Source: Hormiphora californensis (lineage: Eukaryota; Animalia; Ctenophora). From it: a stretch of 64,000 bases of DNA. The DNA lies in NCBI GenBank assembly GCA_020137815.1, contig CM035353.1:7440001-7504000 (forward strand), in the 5' to 3' direction. The stretch's first letter is position 1. Each line of letters begins with the position of its first letter. Positions 60,475 through 64,000 of the stretch are shown piece by piece. A program made the translations under genes and the position numbers. The notes under the pieces are model-generated. The model saw nothing but the letters and a program-made list of their open reading frames with translations, was not told where the DNA came from and did not search any database.

Positions 60475-62687
60475 AGATAGAGAGAGAGATATAGTGTGTA
60501 CGAACTAACAAAAGACATCCTGGAGGGGGCTACTACTGCACTAAGGAGTAGGGGCACCTGTCATTGGAGCGAGATGAGGTGGCACCCTCACCTATATAAT
60601 AGAGCTATGGAGCTGATGAAACAGAGCCACGAGGTATAATATACAAGTACAATCATGGGCTGTCAGTGTATAATAATACGGCCTACATTTTCATTGTTAA
60701 AGAAACTTGAGACTTGGTCAGATCTGTTAATCTGGTATGAAGAAGCTTACGAGAGGTATGCACTATTGACAATTAGATGAAGACTTTTTACTGTCTATAA
60801 CCTCCCAGACAAACTATTACAGACAACACAACCCTCTCTTTCAAATACGAAACAACAACTAAAGTGTTTGGTCAATGAATAGGTGCAGGTTTGACAAGGA
60901 ATGGCGTGGGTGGTGGAGTTGCTCTAACTTCATAGGCAGGGGAAACGAAATGTTATATGATACTGAGTGGAATGCATATTCTGGATAACGTAGCACAAAG
61001 GAAGAGTGTCAGAGTGAGATAGAGAAAGATAGAGATGCAAATGTTGGAGTGAGAGAGGGATGGAGAGAGACGGAGGGATACTGCGAGTTGAAAGGGATAA
61101 AAAGTAAATTACAAACAGCTGAGTGAAGGAATGAGAGGGTAATCTGAGTCAGGGGTCTGGCAATACAAGCGGTGTACAGCAGCTGAGTGAAGGAATGATA
61201 AGGTAATCTGAGTCAGCTGGGTCTGGCAATACAAGCGGTGTCTAGTTGATAAATCATATATCTTCCCGGTGTGAGGTCAGATTACAGCACACTCACTATA
61301 ACTTCATTATATATCCTCTAATAACGTTCCATTTTATGCAGACACGACCATCTGATAACTGGCACCCAGAATTCAGTATGTCTAGCGGCCCCATATTCCG
61401 TATTGACAGGGCGCCCTTACTCAACAGTCTGGCAGAGCGTTAATAAATTTCATCTGCAGCAAAATTAGGGCCCTTGCCCTATTCAGTATTCATTCTAAAG
61501 CTAGGAGGTCACTTCAAATCATACAGTTCTCTGGAAGATGCACCACGGAGTCATTGAACATTGTAGTAGCACTATGTAGTAGGGCACAACAGTTTCATAA
61601 AACCAGTGTCCCGTAATATATGACTTAGACTAGGTAGCGTTAGCACATGATGTAATGAGAGAGTGTACACTGCAGTTTATTATGGACAAAAGCCACCCTG
61701 TAATAGCTGTATACAACAGCAGGAGAGATCAGAGAGTGAGAGAGAGCCTGGTATTATAGGTACCTACCTCAGGGGAGGATGAGAGAGAGAGAGCCTGGTA
61801 TAGGTACCTCTGTAGAAAGGAGAACCAGTATTGTTGTCTTGTCTAGAATGTTAGAATCAAACATGCCTAATTTGGGTAACATAATGTTTGATGTTGCAAT
61901 ATATACCCAGCATAGCGGGGGAGGGGGAGGACCACGCCCCACGCTGTATGGCGGCGCCATACCCCATTTGATTCTCACTTCCTGTATGATCAAGTCTCTC
62001 TTCCATGCTCATGATGATGTTCATTGAACTTGGTGACAATTGAACATTGTTCAATTGTCACCAAGTACCAAGTTTCACCAAAGTAAATTGAGGGTCTGGT
62101 AAATCGAACATCACTTCCCTCTCAGTTGTATAGCGGAGTGTAGAGATAATGTACTTATAAGGGCATGTGTGCAATATGCATGTGGTACCATCTCACCCTG
62201 ATGACAACAACCCCCCATATAATGAAGTACCGGCACCTTGGAGCAGTGGGTCAAGTGTGGAATGAGGGAATACAAGAAATGGGGTAAGTATGTCGAACAT
62301 TTCTTATCCGAGAAAAAAAAATCGAATCGTAATTTCAAAGCAAAAATTTCTCGGTTCGAGGGTAGCGACTGGCTCAGGCTATTTGAAATGGCGGCTAATT
62401 TGAAACACCCCCTCTATAACAGGCCAGCAGGTGCACCAGATCAGTGGGCTAGTCAGAACTCATGCCAAGTTTCAAATTAACCATTTTAAATAGCCAGTCA
62501 CTACCCTATAAGTAAGAAACATTTCCCGAATCGCAATTTCTAAGCGACAAATTTCTTAGAGATAAAATTTCTTGAATCGTAATTTCTTACCGAGAAAATT
62601 TTTCCCGGATCGAAATTTTCTCGAATCTCAATTTCTTAGAGATTTGATGGAATTCATCGATTGTAACAGTTTCTTTTACATTTGGGT

Positions 62688-62703
62688 GGCTTTGAAAAAA
62701 GCC
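62688..62703 (-). terminator. Histone 3' stem-loop (H4)
   Basis: Minus strand AAAA-GGCTTT TTTC AAAGCC-ACCCA, followed by purine-rich AAAAGAAA. Confidence 0.9.
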
Positions 62704-62747
62704 TTTTGCGGCACTGGGTAAGCCCAGTACCTGAGAATTCAGAGAAT

Positions 62748-63418
<671 letters not shown>

Positions 63419-63916
63419 ATGTCTACCCCAACCAAGAAAGCCGCTCCCAAGAAGCCCTCTGAGCATCCGCAGTACAAGGAGATGATTGCCGCTGCCATCG
63501 CTGCTCTTGCAAACCGCTCCGGAAGTTCAAAGGTCGCCATCTCCAAGTACATCTCCGCCAACTACAAGGTCGGAGATAGGCACGAATCCCAGCTCAAGTT
63601 GGCCCTTCTCCGTGGTCTAAAGTCTGGAGCTCTCGTTAAGAAGACTGGATTGGGATGTGCCGGATCTTTCAAGCTGGCGGCCGTGGAAAAGAAGCCTGCT
63701 GCCAAGAAACCTGCTGCCAAGAAAGCCGCTGCAAAGAAACCTGCTGCCAAGAAACCTGCTGCCAAGAAGGCCGGTACCCCCAAGAAGAAAGTTGCCGCCA
63801 AGTCTCCCAAGAAGAAGACTGCTGCTGCCAAGAAGACTACCCCTAAGAAGAAACCTATTGCCGCCAAGAAGAAGCCTGCTGCCAAAAAGGCCACTCCCAA
63901 GAAGGCAAAGAAATAG
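63419..63916 (+). CDS. H1: Histone H1, 165 aa (true ATG at 63419)
   Basis: HPQYKEMIAAAI...RSGSS...GSFKL globular domain and Lys/Ala/Pro tail. Confidence 0.95.
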   Translation: MSTPTKKAAPKKPSEHPQYKEMIAAAIAALANRSGSSKVAISKYISANYKVGDRHESQLKLALLRGLKSGALVKKTGLGCAGSFKLAAVEKKPAAKKPAAKKAAAKKPAAKKPAAKKAGTPKKKVAAKSPKKKTAAAKKTTPKKKPIAAKKKPAAKKATPKKAKK

Positions 63917-63960
63917 ATCAAAATTTGATCTCCTTCTGAAGGCATTCCTTCAGGAACAAC

Positions 63961-63976
63961 GGCTTTTTTCAAAGCC
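63961..63976 (+). terminator. Histone 3' stem-loop (H1)
   Basis: GGCTTT TTTC AAAGCC, then AAAGAAA ~14 nt downstream. Confidence 0.9.
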
Positions 63977-64000
63977 AACCAAATTAAATAAAGAAATTCT

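Noticed and set aside
59400-62650. Gene in the region before the histones
   Set aside because: Only short ORFs, small direct repeats (61114-61240) and palindromes (62028-62066); no convincing coding signal.

Overview
Gene-dense, intron-rich animal DNA, most likely from a ctenophore. This rests on a 40-nt match at 249-288 to the ctenophore spliced leader as recalled from memory, plus nested genes and LDLa-7TM receptors. Host genes, in order: GNMT (+), an unannotated 71-aa secreted peptide precursor (-), an LDLa-GPCR (-), ARMC3 (-), two tandem glutamate dehydrogenases (+), nucleolin (+), CDC42 (-), a PX-domain gene (-) and a divergent histone H4/H1 pair. The 7.8-kb intron 2 of ARMC3 holds a second LDLa-GPCR, a secreted-protein gene and MITEs. 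The first GDH lacks a substrate-binding lysine; the second holds a Penelope element with a hammerhead ribozyme and an antisense PLAC8 gene. Main finding: two related ORF1-only non-LTR elements. The first is bounded by a target-site duplication, starts with the spliced leader and ends in (TAA)n, so a trans-spliced, promoter-less RNA was retrotransposed. A 55-bp copy of the same tail, with its own duplication, lies at 29.35 kb. All exon models were built by eye from translation and GT-AG sites, and family calls rest on recalled motifs, not database searches.
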